NCBI GenBank assembly: GCA_964584675.1
Contig: CAZPBV010000032.1
Location: 5,480 to 15,535, forward strand
Origin: an uncultured Bdellovibrionales bacterium
GTDB taxonomy: Bacteria; Bdellovibrionota_C; UBA2361; JBGSMV01
Length of the DNA: 10,056 nucleotides
Reading direction: 5' to 3'
Position numbers and translations under genes: made by a program. The notes beneath the pieces were generated by a model, which did no database searches, was not told the DNA's origin, and saw only the letters and a program-made list of their open reading frames with translations. Shown one piece after another: positions 1 to 7,875 of the stretch; position 1 is the first letter of the stretch; each line of letters opens with the position of its first letter.

Positions 1-906
1 GTCATCATCGCGCCTGCAATGAACGTCAATATGCTTGAGCACCCTAAAACCAAGGAAAATATTGCTATCCTGCGTGCTCGGGGGGTTCACTTTGTTGACC
101 CTGCTGAGGGGGCTTTGGCATGTGGCTGGAGCGGGTCGGGACGGCTGGCCGAACCATCAGAGATTTTTTATCATGTACGACGACTGCTCTCCTTTGGAGA
201 CTTTTCGGGCAAGCATGTGCTCATCACGACGGGACCGACGAGGGAGTACATTGATCCGGTTCGCTACCTTACCAACAGATCTTCTGGAAAAATGGGAGTA
301 GCCCTTGCTCGCGAAGCCTTTCGCCGCGGTGCTGAAGTTACACTTGTTCATGGCCCCATGCGACCGCGCGTTCCCGGGCCGGTTCGCTGTCTCCAGGTCA
401 TTTCGGCGCAGGAGATGTATGAAAAAGTTATGAAAATTGCAAAAGGTCAAATGGCTGCGGATGAGGCTGAGGGCGCGCCTATCTCTCAGCCCGACATCGT
501 CATTATGTCGGCCGCGGTGGCCGATTATCGCCCGATGCGCGAGGCTTCACATAAACTTAAAAAGGATAACTCACCGTTAAAACTTGAGTTGGAGCTTAAC
601 CCGGATATTCTGTCTGACATAGGAGCGTGGAGGAAATCGGTTAGTCGCGGCAATCTTGGCGCTCGTCCCACGCTCGTTGGTTTTGCAGTTGAAACAGGAG
701 AAATAGAAGATCTCCTGACTGAGGCCAGGAACAAGTTGACTTCCAAAAATGCGGATATGATTGTGGGCAATTTTGCGCAGGATGCTCTGGAGCTCGACAC
801 CAACCGGGTCTGGATGGTGGATCGCACGGGTCGGCAGGAAGAAGTTGCCACTACCTATAAGAGTCGGGTTGCCAATAGAATTCTTGATTCGGTTTTGAGG
901 TTATAG
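1..906 (+). CDS. coaBC: Bifunctional phosphopantothenoylcysteine decarboxylase / phosphopantothenate-cysteine ligase, C-terminal (CoaB) part; 5' end lies outside the window
   Basis: Open reading frame runs from base 1 with no upstream stop and ends at TAG 904-906. The translation contains the CoaB-domain signature region (GKHVLITTGPTREYIDPVRYLTNRSSGKMG, then ...IVIMSAAVADYRP...). The CoaC flavoprotein half is absent, so the gene is truncated by the window edge. Confidence 0.85.
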   Translation, partial: VIIAPAMNVNMLEHPKTKENIAILRARGVHFVDPAEGALACGWSGSGRLAEPSEIFYHVRRLLSFGDFSGKHVLITTGPTREYIDPVRYLTNRSSGKMGVALAREAFRRGAEVTLVHGPMRPRVPGPVRCLQVISAQEMYEKVMKIAKGQMAADEAEGAPISQPDIVIMSAAVADYRPMREASHKLKKDNSPLKLELELNPDILSDIGAWRKSVSRGNLGARPTLVGFAVETGEIEDLLTEARNKLTSKNADMIVGNFAQDALELDTNRVWMVDRTGRQEEVATTYKSRVANRILDSVLRL

Positions 907-1383
907 GTGTTGGAGTCTTCGGTCCTTGATGCTTTCGTAGCAACTCTCAGGTCTTTGGGGGGGCTTTATCCTGGAGGAGTCCCGGAGCGCTATTTGCGTT
1001 CCAGTCGGAGGCGATTTGCTTTTGTCCATCATGGCGGATTGTCATCGCAGGAACATCAACTGGCTCATGCTGCTATCGAGAAGGGAATGAACATATCGTC
1101 CAAAGACGTCTGGATGGGAAATGCTTCCGAGTTGGCAGGGCAGCTGACTGCCGATATAATGGCAGTTTCCTTGGGGCGTGAGGCCTTGCGCTCATTGTGC
1201 CAGTTCAAGTCTTCAGAAGATCATGAGGTAGTGCGTGGCATTCCTTTTAGAGTGGGTCAGATGAATGTTCTTTTGACCCACCCCTTGGCGGAGGTGCTGG
1301 CCAGTGCTGCTTGCAAACGGGAATTTTGGAATGACTTAAAAGTCTTGAAGGAATGGTTGTCGAATGAGGACTTGGTAGGGTGA
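907..1383 (+). CDS. Hypothetical protein with weak family-4 uracil-DNA glycosylase-like C-terminal half; start uncertain (GTG 907 or an internal ATG)
   Basis: 158-codon ORF in the same frame as coaBC, beginning immediately after its TAG. Its stop TGA 1381-1383 overlaps the nfeD ATG (gTGAtg). The segment ...IMAVSLGREALRSL...VVRGIPF...LLTHPLAEVLASAACKREFWNDLKVLKEWL resembles the UDG family-4 C-terminus (…LG.VA…VRG…HPS.LLR.P..K...W.DL..L). The N-terminal GEGPG and FVG.AG motifs are degenerate (YPGGVP / RRRFAFVHHGG). No alternative long ORF exists on either strand here. Confidence 0.45.
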   Translation: MLESSVLDAFVATLRSLGGLYPGGVPERYLRSSRRRFAFVHHGGLSSQEHQLAHAAIEKGMNISSKDVWMGNASELAGQLTADIMAVSLGREALRSLCQFKSSEDHEVVRGIPFRVGQMNVLLTHPLAEVLASAACKREFWNDLKVLKEWLSNEDLVG

Positions 1384-2699
1384 TGAAGACTTGGCTTAAA
1401 CGATTATTCGGTTTCTTGGCTATTTTTGCTGCTTGGAGCAACTTCCCCATCGCCTCGGCTGATTCGTCGGGTGGTGGTGGTCACGTTATTGTCCTCAATA
1501 TGGATATGATGATATTGCCGGGCACTGCCGGTTATTTGGATGATGGTATTGCACTGGCTGAGCAGCAGGGAGCGAAGCTCCTTATTGTTCAGCTCCATAC
1601 CCCGGGCGGTATTCTTGATACGACCCAACGCATGATTCAGAGCATTTTCCGCTCCAAAGTTCCCGTCGTTATTTATGTTGCCCCAAGCGGTTCAACTGCC
1701 GCCTCTGCGGGAGTGTTTATTACCCTTGCCGGACATATTGCTGCCATGGCTCCTGGTACCAGTATAGGAGCTGCTCACCCCGTTGCCGGGGACGGAAAGA
1801 ACATTGAAGGCGATATGCGCGCCAAGGCAGAGAACATGACCATTGCCATGGTAAAGTCGATTGCGGAACGAAGGGGCCGCAATGTGGCGTGGGCCGAGAA
1901 GGCAGTTAAAGAAAGTAGCTCTATTACCGAAAAAGAGGCGCTCAAACAGGGGGTGATTGATTTGGTTGCCGATGATCTGGACGATCTTCTGAGACAAATC
2001 AAAGGCAAAGAGGTTCAGGTCGAGTCCCAGCCGGTGGTGCTTGGAGATTATTCTGGTTTGGAGAAACGCTACGTTGATATCTCCTATCAGAATGAGCTCT
2101 TGAACGTGCTTTCAAATCCTAATATTGCTGCCTTGCTATGGCTGGCAGCCACGACCGGCATTTCGATCGAATTGTATAATCCGGGAGCCATTCTCCCGGG
2201 AGTGGTGGGCGTCATCTGCCTCATTCTGGCGCTCGCGGTGAGCCAAATCATTCCGATTAGTCAGGGTGCGGTAATGCTCTTGGTGGTGGGAGCTCTCCTC
2301 ATAGGAGCCGAGTTGTATACCGGAAGTCTCATATTGGGAGTGGGTGGAGTAATTTCTATGGTTCTTGGCGCCATCTACCTCGTCGACGTATCTCAAGCCC
2401 CCGGCTTGAGCGTGGCTTTCGAAATGGTTGTACCACTTGCAGCCTTTCTTGGGCTTTTTATGCTTTACGTCGCCACGCAAGCGGTGCGTGTTATGAAAAA
2501 GGCCCCCACGACCGGAGCATCGGGGCTTATTGGGCAGCGCGGCAAGGCTGTTGAGAATGTGGCGGCAAGCGGCCGTGTGTTTCTGAATGGTGAGTATTGG
2601 AATGCTGTTTCCAACGAGGGCATTATCGAGGCAGGGGCGGCAATTGAGGTGGCGGGAATACGCGAGGGGCTGGTGCTTGAAGTTCGAAAGATAGTCTGA
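1380..2699 (+). CDS. nfeD: NfeD-family membrane-bound ClpP-class serine protease (long form; stomatin operon partner protein)
   Basis: Domain order: N-terminal signal/TM segment, ClpP-like domain (…LHTPGGILDT…VAPSGSTAASAGVFI…), polytopic hydrophobic middle (residues ~235-350), and C-terminal NfeD beta-barrel (…GQRGKAVENVAASGRVFLNGEYWNAVSNEGIIEAGAAIEVAGIREGLVLEV). Ser (AASAG) and Lys (RAKAEN) are ~40 residues apart, as in the Pyrococcus 1510-N Ser97/Lys138 dyad. Start is GTG 1380 or ATG 1383, with GAGGA at 1366-1370. Confidence 0.85.
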   Translation: MMKTWLKRLFGFLAIFAAWSNFPIASADSSGGGGHVIVLNMDMMILPGTAGYLDDGIALAEQQGAKLLIVQLHTPGGILDTTQRMIQSIFRSKVPVVIYVAPSGSTAASAGVFITLAGHIAAMAPGTSIGAAHPVAGDGKNIEGDMRAKAENMTIAMVKSIAERRGRNVAWAEKAVKESSSITEKEALKQGVIDLVADDLDDLLRQIKGKEVQVESQPVVLGDYSGLEKRYVDISYQNELLNVLSNPNIAALLWLAATTGISIELYNPGAILPGVVGVICLILALAVSQIIPISQGAVMLLVVGALLIGAELYTGSLILGVGGVISMVLGAIYLVDVSQAPGLSVAFEMVVPLAAFLGLFMLYVATQAVRVMKKAPTTGASGLIGQRGKAVENVAASGRVFLNGEYWNAVSNEGIIEAGAAIEVAGIREGLVLEVRKIV

Positions 2700-2709
2700 T
2701 GCGATGGGA

Positions 2710-2740
2710 GAAGTGGTTTCAAGAACCGCTTCTAGGTTTC
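2710..2740 (+). promoter_or_regulatory. Intercistronic stem-loop between nfeD and the stomatin gene (possible attenuator or RNA-processing hairpin)
   Basis: gaagtggtt (2710-2718) pairs with aaccgcttc (2724-2732): 9 bp including one G-U pair, 5-nt loop tcaag. It is followed by taggTTTc, a short U-tract, then the stomatin RBS ~60 nt downstream. Confidence 0.3.
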
Positions 2741-2800
2741 GGCGGAGTGAATCGTTGGAAATTGGATGGCGCATGTGTTAAGAGTTTCGAAGCGAATTAT

Positions 2801-2806
2801 AAGGAG
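2801..2806 (+). promoter_or_regulatory. Shine-Dalgarno AAGGAG for the stomatin gene
   Basis: Perfect AAGGAG 8 nt upstream of ATG 2815. Confidence 0.6.
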
Positions 2807-2814
2807 AATTGATC

Positions 2815-3567
2815 ATGCAAGGTTTCGGCGCGCTTATTCCCCTCTTAATTGTGGCAGTCGTTATTCTGAAGTCAGCCATTCATATACTTAAGGAGTATGA
2901 ACGCGGGGTAGTGTTTTTCCTCGGACGGCTGTCAGGGGTACGGGGCCCCGGACTCGTATTGGTCATTCCTTTCATTCAGAAACTTGAAAAGGTAGACCAG
3001 CGCACGGTCACCATGGATGTGCCGTCGCAGGATGTTATCACCAAGGACAACGTATCGGTTAAGGTCAATGCGGTTCTCTACTTTCGGGTCATTGAGCCTG
3101 CCAAGGCTCTGGTGCAGGTTGAGAACTACCTCTTTGCCACCAGTCAGTTGGCTCAGACAACACTTCGTAGTGTATGTGGCGAGGCCGATCTTGACGACTT
3201 GCTTTCCGAGCGGGAGCAGATCAATAAGCGGATTCAGGAAATCATCGATCATCAAACGGATCCATGGGGAATTAAGGTCTCACTGGTGGAGGTTAAGCAC
3301 ATTGATCTTCCGCAGGATATGCAGCGGGCTATGGCTCGGCAGGCCGAGGCAGAACGAGAGCGGCGCGCTAAAATCATTCAGGCGGAGGGTGAATACCAGG
3401 CGGCTGAAAAGCTAACGTCTGCCGCAAAAATCATGTCGGAGAATTCTGCCGCTCTACAGCTGCGCTACCTTGAAACCTTGCGTACTATAGCAGCCGAACA
3501 TAATTCAACTATCTTGTTTCCGGTTCCAATAGACATCTTTGAATCGTTCCGCAAAAAGCTTCAATAA
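2815..3567 (+). CDS. SPFH/band-7 family protein, stomatin-like (slipin)
   Basis: N-terminal TM helix, then a canonical stomatin core (…[65 protein letters not shown]…) and a coiled-coil tail (…[28 protein letters not shown]…). ATG 2815 lies 8 nt after AAGGAG (2801-2806). The ORF-track TTG at 2809 is too close to the RBS. Position directly downstream of nfeD matches the conserved NfeD-stomatin operon. Confidence 0.9.
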   Translation: MQGFGALIPLLIVAVVILKSAIHILKEYERGVVFFLGRLSGVRGPGLVLVIPFIQKLEKVDQRTVTMDVPSQDVITKDNVSVKVNAVLYFRVIEPAKALVQVENYLFATSQLAQTTLRSVCGEADLDDLLSEREQINKRIQEIIDHQTDPWGIKVSLVEVKHIDLPQDMQRAMARQAEAERERRAKIIQAEGEYQAAEKLTSAAKIMSENSAALQLRYLETLRTIAAEHNSTILFPVPIDIFESFRKKLQ

Positions 3568-3585
3568 GCGTCGTAGGGCAGCCGT

Positions 3586-4647
3586 TTGGAGGTAGCGCGA
3601 GTACCCTTGGAGCCGTTCACCTATGCGCTTCCTCCTGAGCGTATAGCCCAGCGTCCTTGCCGACCCTATGATACAGCCCGCCTGCTGGTTGTTTCACGAG
3701 AGAACGGGGTACTGAGGGAGGTGTGTTTTACGCAACTTCCCGAGTTGTTAGGTCCACAAGATGTTCTTGTTTTTAATCGTAGTCAGGTAATTCCTGCACG
3801 TCTCTTTGGTACACTTCCAACTGGCGCTCAAATTGAAGTATTGCTTCTACAAGAAGAGTCAAGCAGTGAATGGATCTGTCTAGCAAAACCGCTGCGTAAG
3901 CTATCCCCGGGGATGCAGCTAAACTTTTCTGAACAGCTAATAGCAGAAGTGTGTGGCAGGGCTGCGGAGAGTCGGGTGCGATTACGATTTACGAATGTTG
4001 ATGGTGCGACTTCTCAGCGATCTCTAATTTTAGAGCACGGAAGCATGCCTATCCCACCCTATATTCGTGACGGCAGGGGTGATTCTCAGGATGTAGCAGA
4101 CTATCAGCCTCACTTTGCCGCGGTTCAGGGTTCGGTGGCGGCGCCGACGGCAAGCCTGCACTTCACTCCTGAGCTTCTTGAGCGCTTGGGTGCGCGCGGT
4201 GTCGGACTTGAGTTTGTGGTCTTGCATGTGGGACTGGCAAGTGTTCAGCCGCTTTCGCGTCCTGGGCAGGTAGGCCCGCCTCAACCACCGCCCGAACGCT
4301 ACCACTATGACGGTGCACTCTTGGAACGTCTCCAAGCTGCACGGCGGGCGGGAAGGAGGGTAATTGCAGTTGGCACGACGGTGGTACGGGCCCTTGAAAG
4401 CATGGTGCGATCTCGCAGCTCTTTGGCCGATGAACCGATTGAGCGGGAAGCATCCATTTTTATTGCACCGGGATTCCCCTTTCACATAGTTGATGGCATG
4501 GTGACCAATTTCCATCAATCCGGATCGTCTCACCTTCTTTTGGTAGAAGCTTTTATGGGGCGGAAACTTCTTGAGAGGAGCTATCACCACGCGCTCGCGA
4601 GTGGCTTCCGCTTTCTGAGTTATGGGGATGGCATGGCGGTACTATAG
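3586..4647 (+). CDS. queA: S-adenosylmethionine:tRNA ribosyltransferase-isomerase
   Basis: N-terminus …EPFTYALPPERIAQRP… aligns with the QueA N-terminal signature (…DFxYxLPxELIAQxP…). Length is ~350 aa with a conserved C-terminal region (…GTTVVRALES…; …NFHQSGSSHLLLVEAF…). The start could be TTG 3586 (ORF track) or TTG 3607, giving MEPFTY… preceded by GGAGG at 3588-3592. Confidence 0.85.
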   Translation: MEVARVPLEPFTYALPPERIAQRPCRPYDTARLLVVSRENGVLREVCFTQLPELLGPQDVLVFNRSQVIPARLFGTLPTGAQIEVLLLQEESSSEWICLAKPLRKLSPGMQLNFSEQLIAEVCGRAAESRVRLRFTNVDGATSQRSLILEHGSMPIPPYIRDGRGDSQDVADYQPHFAAVQGSVAAPTASLHFTPELLERLGARGVGLEFVVLHVGLASVQPLSRPGQVGPPQPPPERYHYDGALLERLQAARRAGRRVIAVGTTVVRALESMVRSRSSLADEPIEREASIFIAPGFPFHIVDGMVTNFHQSGSSHLLLVEAFMGRKLLERSYHHALASGFRFLSYGDGMAVL

Positions 4648-4751
4648 GCGCGTGGCCCAAGCGGCGTGGGACTGGGTTCTTTATTACCGTTAGTTTATTA
4701 CGCCAGCGCAGAGGTTGTGTATGATGTTGAAATGGCGTACATTTGCACATC

Positions 4752-5915
4752 ATGTATGCACGAACTCTTACTATATTGAAAAATCATAGTTTTTTTCTTT
4801 TTGGAGCGCGTGGAACTGGTAAGTCTACCTTGATATCCGAACTATTTCCCCCTCCGGAAGCATATACAGTTGATCTCCTAGAGGTAGACAAGCTTTCCAG
4901 ACTGCAAGCCTACCCTGACTTACTTGAAAGTCTGGCACTTGGCTCAAGTAGGCGCTGGATAGTGATTGACGAGGTTCAGAAAGTCCCGGCACTTCTGGAT
5001 GTAGTGCACCGTCTTATAGAGAAGCACAAGTTATTCTTCGCGTTGACGGGATCTTCAGCGCGAAAACTTCGGCGTGGTGCCGCTAACCTGCTTGCCGGAC
5101 GAGCTTTTACCTACCGGCTTTTTCCGCTCACCTATACTGAGTTAGGGAAAAGTTTTGATCTTGAAGCTGCGCTGGCCTGGGGAACCTTGCCTGGGGTGCT
5201 GCAGCTTGACTCGCCCCAAGCGCGCTCCCGATTTTTGCAGTCCTATACTGAGACCTATCTTCAGGAAGAAGTAGTTGCTGAGCAGGCCATACGCGCTCTC
5301 CCTCCATTTCGAAGATTTCTTCAAGTTGCGGCTCAATCAAATGCTTCTGTGATTAATTTTAAGAAGATAGCTGATGATTGCCTAACCTCGCCCAGTAATG
5401 TCAAAAACTACTACCAAATTCTGGAGGACACATTGGTGGGCATGTTCTTAGAGCCGTTTCATCAATCTATACGCAAGCGCCAGCGTCAAGCACCCAAGTT
5501 TTATTGGTTTGACACTGGGGTGTTGAGGGCCCTGCGTCTATCGATCGACAATCCTATCGAGCAAGCTACATATGATTACGGCAAGTTATTTGAAACATTT
5601 ATCATAAATCAAATTCGGGCAAACTTAGACTATCAAGGCAGGCAGTATCAGCTCTCTTATTTACTCACTAAGGACCATGCCGAAATCGACTTAATCGTCG
5701 AACGGGCGGGTCTTCCCACCTTGTTGATTGAAATTAAATCCGGAAAATCTGTGCGTACGGAAGAATTGCAGAATTTGAGATCATTTAAGACCGCCGTTAA
5801 GGGATCCGAGGCGATTTGCCTTTATGCAGGCGGGGAAACATTGCTATTGCAGGGGGTTGGCGTTTTTCCTTGGCAGCAGGGGCTGAAGGAATTTGATTTA
5901 TGCAATCGGTTGTAG
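4752..5915 (+). CDS. AAA+ ATPase (AAA_14-like) fused to a C-terminal DUF4143-type PD-(D/E)xK nuclease-like domain
   Basis: Walker A GARGTGKST and Walker B RWIVIDEVQ sit in the N-terminal half. A C-terminal D…ExK motif is visible (…HAEIDLIVERAGLPTLLIEIKSGK…, nt ~5688-5738). ATG 4752 is preferred over TTG 4743 because the N-terminus then reads MYARTLTILK…FLFGARGTGKSTL, typical of this family. GC is visibly lower than in the flanking queA/tgt; the first 60 nt are ~32% GC by hand count. Confidence 0.8.
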   Translation: MYARTLTILKNHSFFLFGARGTGKSTLISELFPPPEAYTVDLLEVDKLSRLQAYPDLLESLALGSSRRWIVIDEVQKVPALLDVVHRLIEKHKLFFALTGSSARKLRRGAANLLAGRAFTYRLFPLTYTELGKSFDLEAALAWGTLPGVLQLDSPQARSRFLQSYTETYLQEEVVAEQAIRALPPFRRFLQVAAQSNASVINFKKIADDCLTSPSNVKNYYQILEDTLVGMFLEPFHQSIRKRQRQAPKFYWFDTGVLRALRLSIDNPIEQATYDYGKLFETFIINQIRANLDYQGRQYQLSYLLTKDHAEIDLIVERAGLPTLLIEIKSGKSVRTEELQNLRSFKTAVKGSEAICLYAGGETLLLQGVGVFPWQQGLKEFDLCNRL

Positions 5916-5960
5916 CAGTGGCCACTTCTAGAGCGTGTCATGGCGGTGCCGTAATTTATT

Positions 5961-7079
5961 ATGAAGCCAACCTTTAAAGAAATCACCCGCGCCGGTAAAG
6001 CTAGAACCGGGAAGTTTTTTACGTCCCATGGGACATTCGAGACTCCTCAATTTATGCCGGTTGGCACGCGAGCCAGCGTCAAGGGCGTCGACACTGAACG
6101 GCTCAGGCAAGCCGGCGCGCAGATCATGCTTGTTAACACCTATCACCTATGGCTTCGCCCCGGAGAACAATTGGTTGCTCGACTGGGGGGGATTCACTCC
6201 TTTACGGGGTGGCATAAGGCAATACTGAGTGACAGCGGCGGCTATCAGATTTTCAGTCTTAAAACATTGCGGCGTCTCAGTGAGGAAGGCGTCGAATTCC
6301 GCTCTCATCTTGACGGCTCGCTGCAGTTCTTAAGCCCTGAGAAGGCAGTACATATTCAGGAAACACTCGGGGTTGATATTGCGATGGCGCTTGATGAATG
6401 CCCGAGTTCGGGACTATCTCATGCCGAGGTAGAGCGCTCGCTTGCGCTGACGCTGCGCTGGGCCAAACGCTGCATCGATGCCCGCACTCGCCCTGCCACC
6501 GCGCTTTTTGGCATTACACAGGGAGGGTTATTTCCGGATCTTCGGGCGCGGTCGGCTGAAGGAATTTCGAGTTTGCGTTTTGATGGGACCGCCATTGGCG
6601 GCCTGAGTGTTGGGGAGCCAAAGGAGCGCATGTATGAGGTGTTGAGCTACCATGTTGATCAGCTTCCTCCTGGAAAGATTAGGTATCTGATGGGCGTCGG
6701 CACCCCCGAAGATATTGTGCAAGCCGTATCGGAAGGAATAGATCTCTTTGATTGTGTCATGCCGACGCGAGCGGGACGATTTGGGCGGGCCTTTGTGAAG
6801 GGCACCGAACCGTTTATCAATATTAAGAATGCCCAACATGCTTCGGATGACGGCTCACTTGATAGTTCGTGTTTATGCGTAGCTTGTCGCAACTATTCCC
6901 GTGCATACCTGCATCATCTCTTTAAGGTAGGCGAGATGCTCGGCCCGCAGCTGCTGAGCATTCATAATCTCACTCACTACTTAGATCTCATGGGCACGAT
7001 TCGACAGGCCATTGCCGCTGGTAGGTTTGCTGACCTCTATGCGGCCGAGAAGAAGCGTTGGGAGGAGAAAATTGCATGA
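5961..7079 (+). CDS. tgt: Queuine tRNA-ribosyltransferase
   Basis: Tgt hallmarks are present: …LSDSGGYQIF…, …MALDEC…, …YLMGVGTPEDIVQAVSEGIDLFDCVMPTRAGR…. The zinc site CLCVACRNYSRAYLHHL fits CxCxxC…H. Confidence 0.9.
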   Translation: MKPTFKEITRAGKARTGKFFTSHGTFETPQFMPVGTRASVKGVDTERLRQAGAQIMLVNTYHLWLRPGEQLVARLGGIHSFTGWHKAILSDSGGYQIFSLKTLRRLSEEGVEFRSHLDGSLQFLSPEKAVHIQETLGVDIAMALDECPSSGLSHAEVERSLALTLRWAKRCIDARTRPATALFGITQGGLFPDLRARSAEGISSLRFDGTAIGGLSVGEPKERMYEVLSYHVDQLPPGKIRYLMGVGTPEDIVQAVSEGIDLFDCVMPTRAGRFGRAFVKGTEPFINIKNAQHASDDGSLDSSCLCVACRNYSRAYLHHLFKVGEMLGPQLLSIHNLTHYLDLMGTIRQAIAAGRFADLYAAEKKRWEEKIA

Positions 7080-7516
7080 GATTGTATCCTCCGTCGTATT
7101 TGCTTATTGGTATCCTTAGTATGGTGGGATTGCACGCATGGTTCCCCGGGAGACAAATATTTAGTCAATTTTTCTGCTTGCTAGGTATCCCAGTCGGTTG
7201 CCTAGGGATTGGCATTGTTCTTTGGTGTGCTCGGCTTTTTCGAATACATCAGACTGCCATCAAACCCTTCGAAGAGTCCACCACTCTGGTGAGTACCAGC
7301 CTCTATCAGTATTCTCGTAATCCTATTTATATAGGGATGGTTGTCTTGCTTATGGGAGTTGCAATTTTACTTGGCTCGCTCTCTCCTTGGTTTGTAGTTC
7401 CAATGTTTGTATGGGCAATCGACAGACAGTTTGTGGTGGCGGAGGAAGCTGTGCTGATGCAAAAGTTCGGTGTGCGGTACAGTGAGTACTGCAAGAAAGT
7501 GAGGAGATGGTTGTAG
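7076..7516 (+). CDS. Isoprenylcysteine carboxyl methyltransferase (ICMT) / phospholipid methyltransferase family membrane protein
   Basis: About 4 hydrophobic helices. It carries the family signature …YQYSRNPIYIGMVVLLMGVAIL… and a C-terminal …EEAVLMQKFGVRYSEYCKKVRRWL (E..L...FG..Y.EY...V.R). ATG 7076 overlaps the tgt stop (ATGA) and lies 8 nt after GGAGGAG (7061-7067). The ORF-track TTG at 7058 is in the same frame but sits inside tgt. Confidence 0.75.
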   Translation: MRLYPPSYLLIGILSMVGLHAWFPGRQIFSQFFCLLGIPVGCLGIGIVLWCARLFRIHQTAIKPFEESTTLVSTSLYQYSRNPIYIGMVVLLMGVAILLGSLSPWFVVPMFVWAIDRQFVVAEEAVLMQKFGVRYSEYCKKVRRWL

Positions 7517-7844
7517 CAGTCATCCCGCCGAGGTGGTCAATGAGAAGCGAATCCAGTTTCGCAGGGGAAGTGAAGGTTAATCACGGTTGTATCCAGATTG
7601 GTTTTCTTTCTATACGGGGCGAATGTTTGTAAGACGCACGTCCAAGGGGTAATTTCGTCGCCATGTAATTGCGGAGGTTATGGTGGGAAGGAGGAAGGCG
7701 ATAAGCCCTTGAAAATGCTCCTGTTCATGGCCGCGGCTTTATAGCAATCCTCGTTAGAAATGTCGGAAAGGAGTAGCCTTGTGGTGGGACTGCTATAGTG
7801 GGAGCCCGGAGGGCGACCCAGCAACAAAGAGGGCTCACCAAGAT

Positions 7845-7875
7845 AAAAAACAGAGCCTGTGCCAGCTTGGCTCTG
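7845..7875 (-). terminator. Orphan intrinsic-terminator-like hairpin, read on the minus strand
   Basis: cagagcc (7851-7857) pairs with ggctctg (7869-7875): a 7-bp stem, 5 GC pairs, 11-nt loop. On the plus strand it is preceded by aaaaaa (7845-7850), so on the minus strand the stem is followed by TTTTTT. There is no T-tract on the plus side. No annotated minus-strand gene lies upstream of it. Confidence 0.35.

Noticed and set aside
35-851. Overlapping alternative-frame and antisense ORFs (35-301 +, 157-450 -, 525-851 -) inside coaBC
   Set aside because: All are embedded in a strongly supported conserved CDS. They have no RBS and no recognisable similarity, so they look like typical GC-driven spurious ORFs.
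2136-2774. 212-aa antisense ORF over the nfeD 3' half. Similar antisense ORFs occur at 1692-2008, 2932-3255, 4030-4590 and 4163-4453
   Set aside because: They lie opposite well-supported conserved genes. Their sequences are His/Arg/Ser-rich and low-complexity, typical of antisense frames. No starts with an RBS were found.
4648-4690. Possible tRNA fragment or intrinsic terminator after queA (ggcccaagcggcgtgggactgggttctttatt)
   Set aside because: The GGGTTC resembles a T-loop but lacks the following RAWTCC and an acceptor stem. As a terminator the stem is only ~4 bp with a weak U-tract. It is probably neither.
5907-5918. 12-mer ggttgtagcagt repeated at 7509-7520; both copies span the stop codons of the AAA and ICMT genes
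   Set aside because: A handful of exact 12-mer repeats are expected by chance in 10 kb. No extended similarity exists around either copy.
5916-5960. 8-nt palindrome gtggccac upstream of tgt
   Set aside because: It is too short to support an operator or hairpin call, and it has no partner half-sites.
7640-7720. Purine-rich motif ggtgggaaggaggaaggcgataagccc reminiscent of the SRP (4.5S) RNA domain IV GGAAGGAAGCAGC
   Set aside because: I could not build the long SRP hairpin. Only a 6-bp gccatg/catggc pairing was found, with poor internal complementarity, and the conserved AGCA/GNAR loop context is absent.
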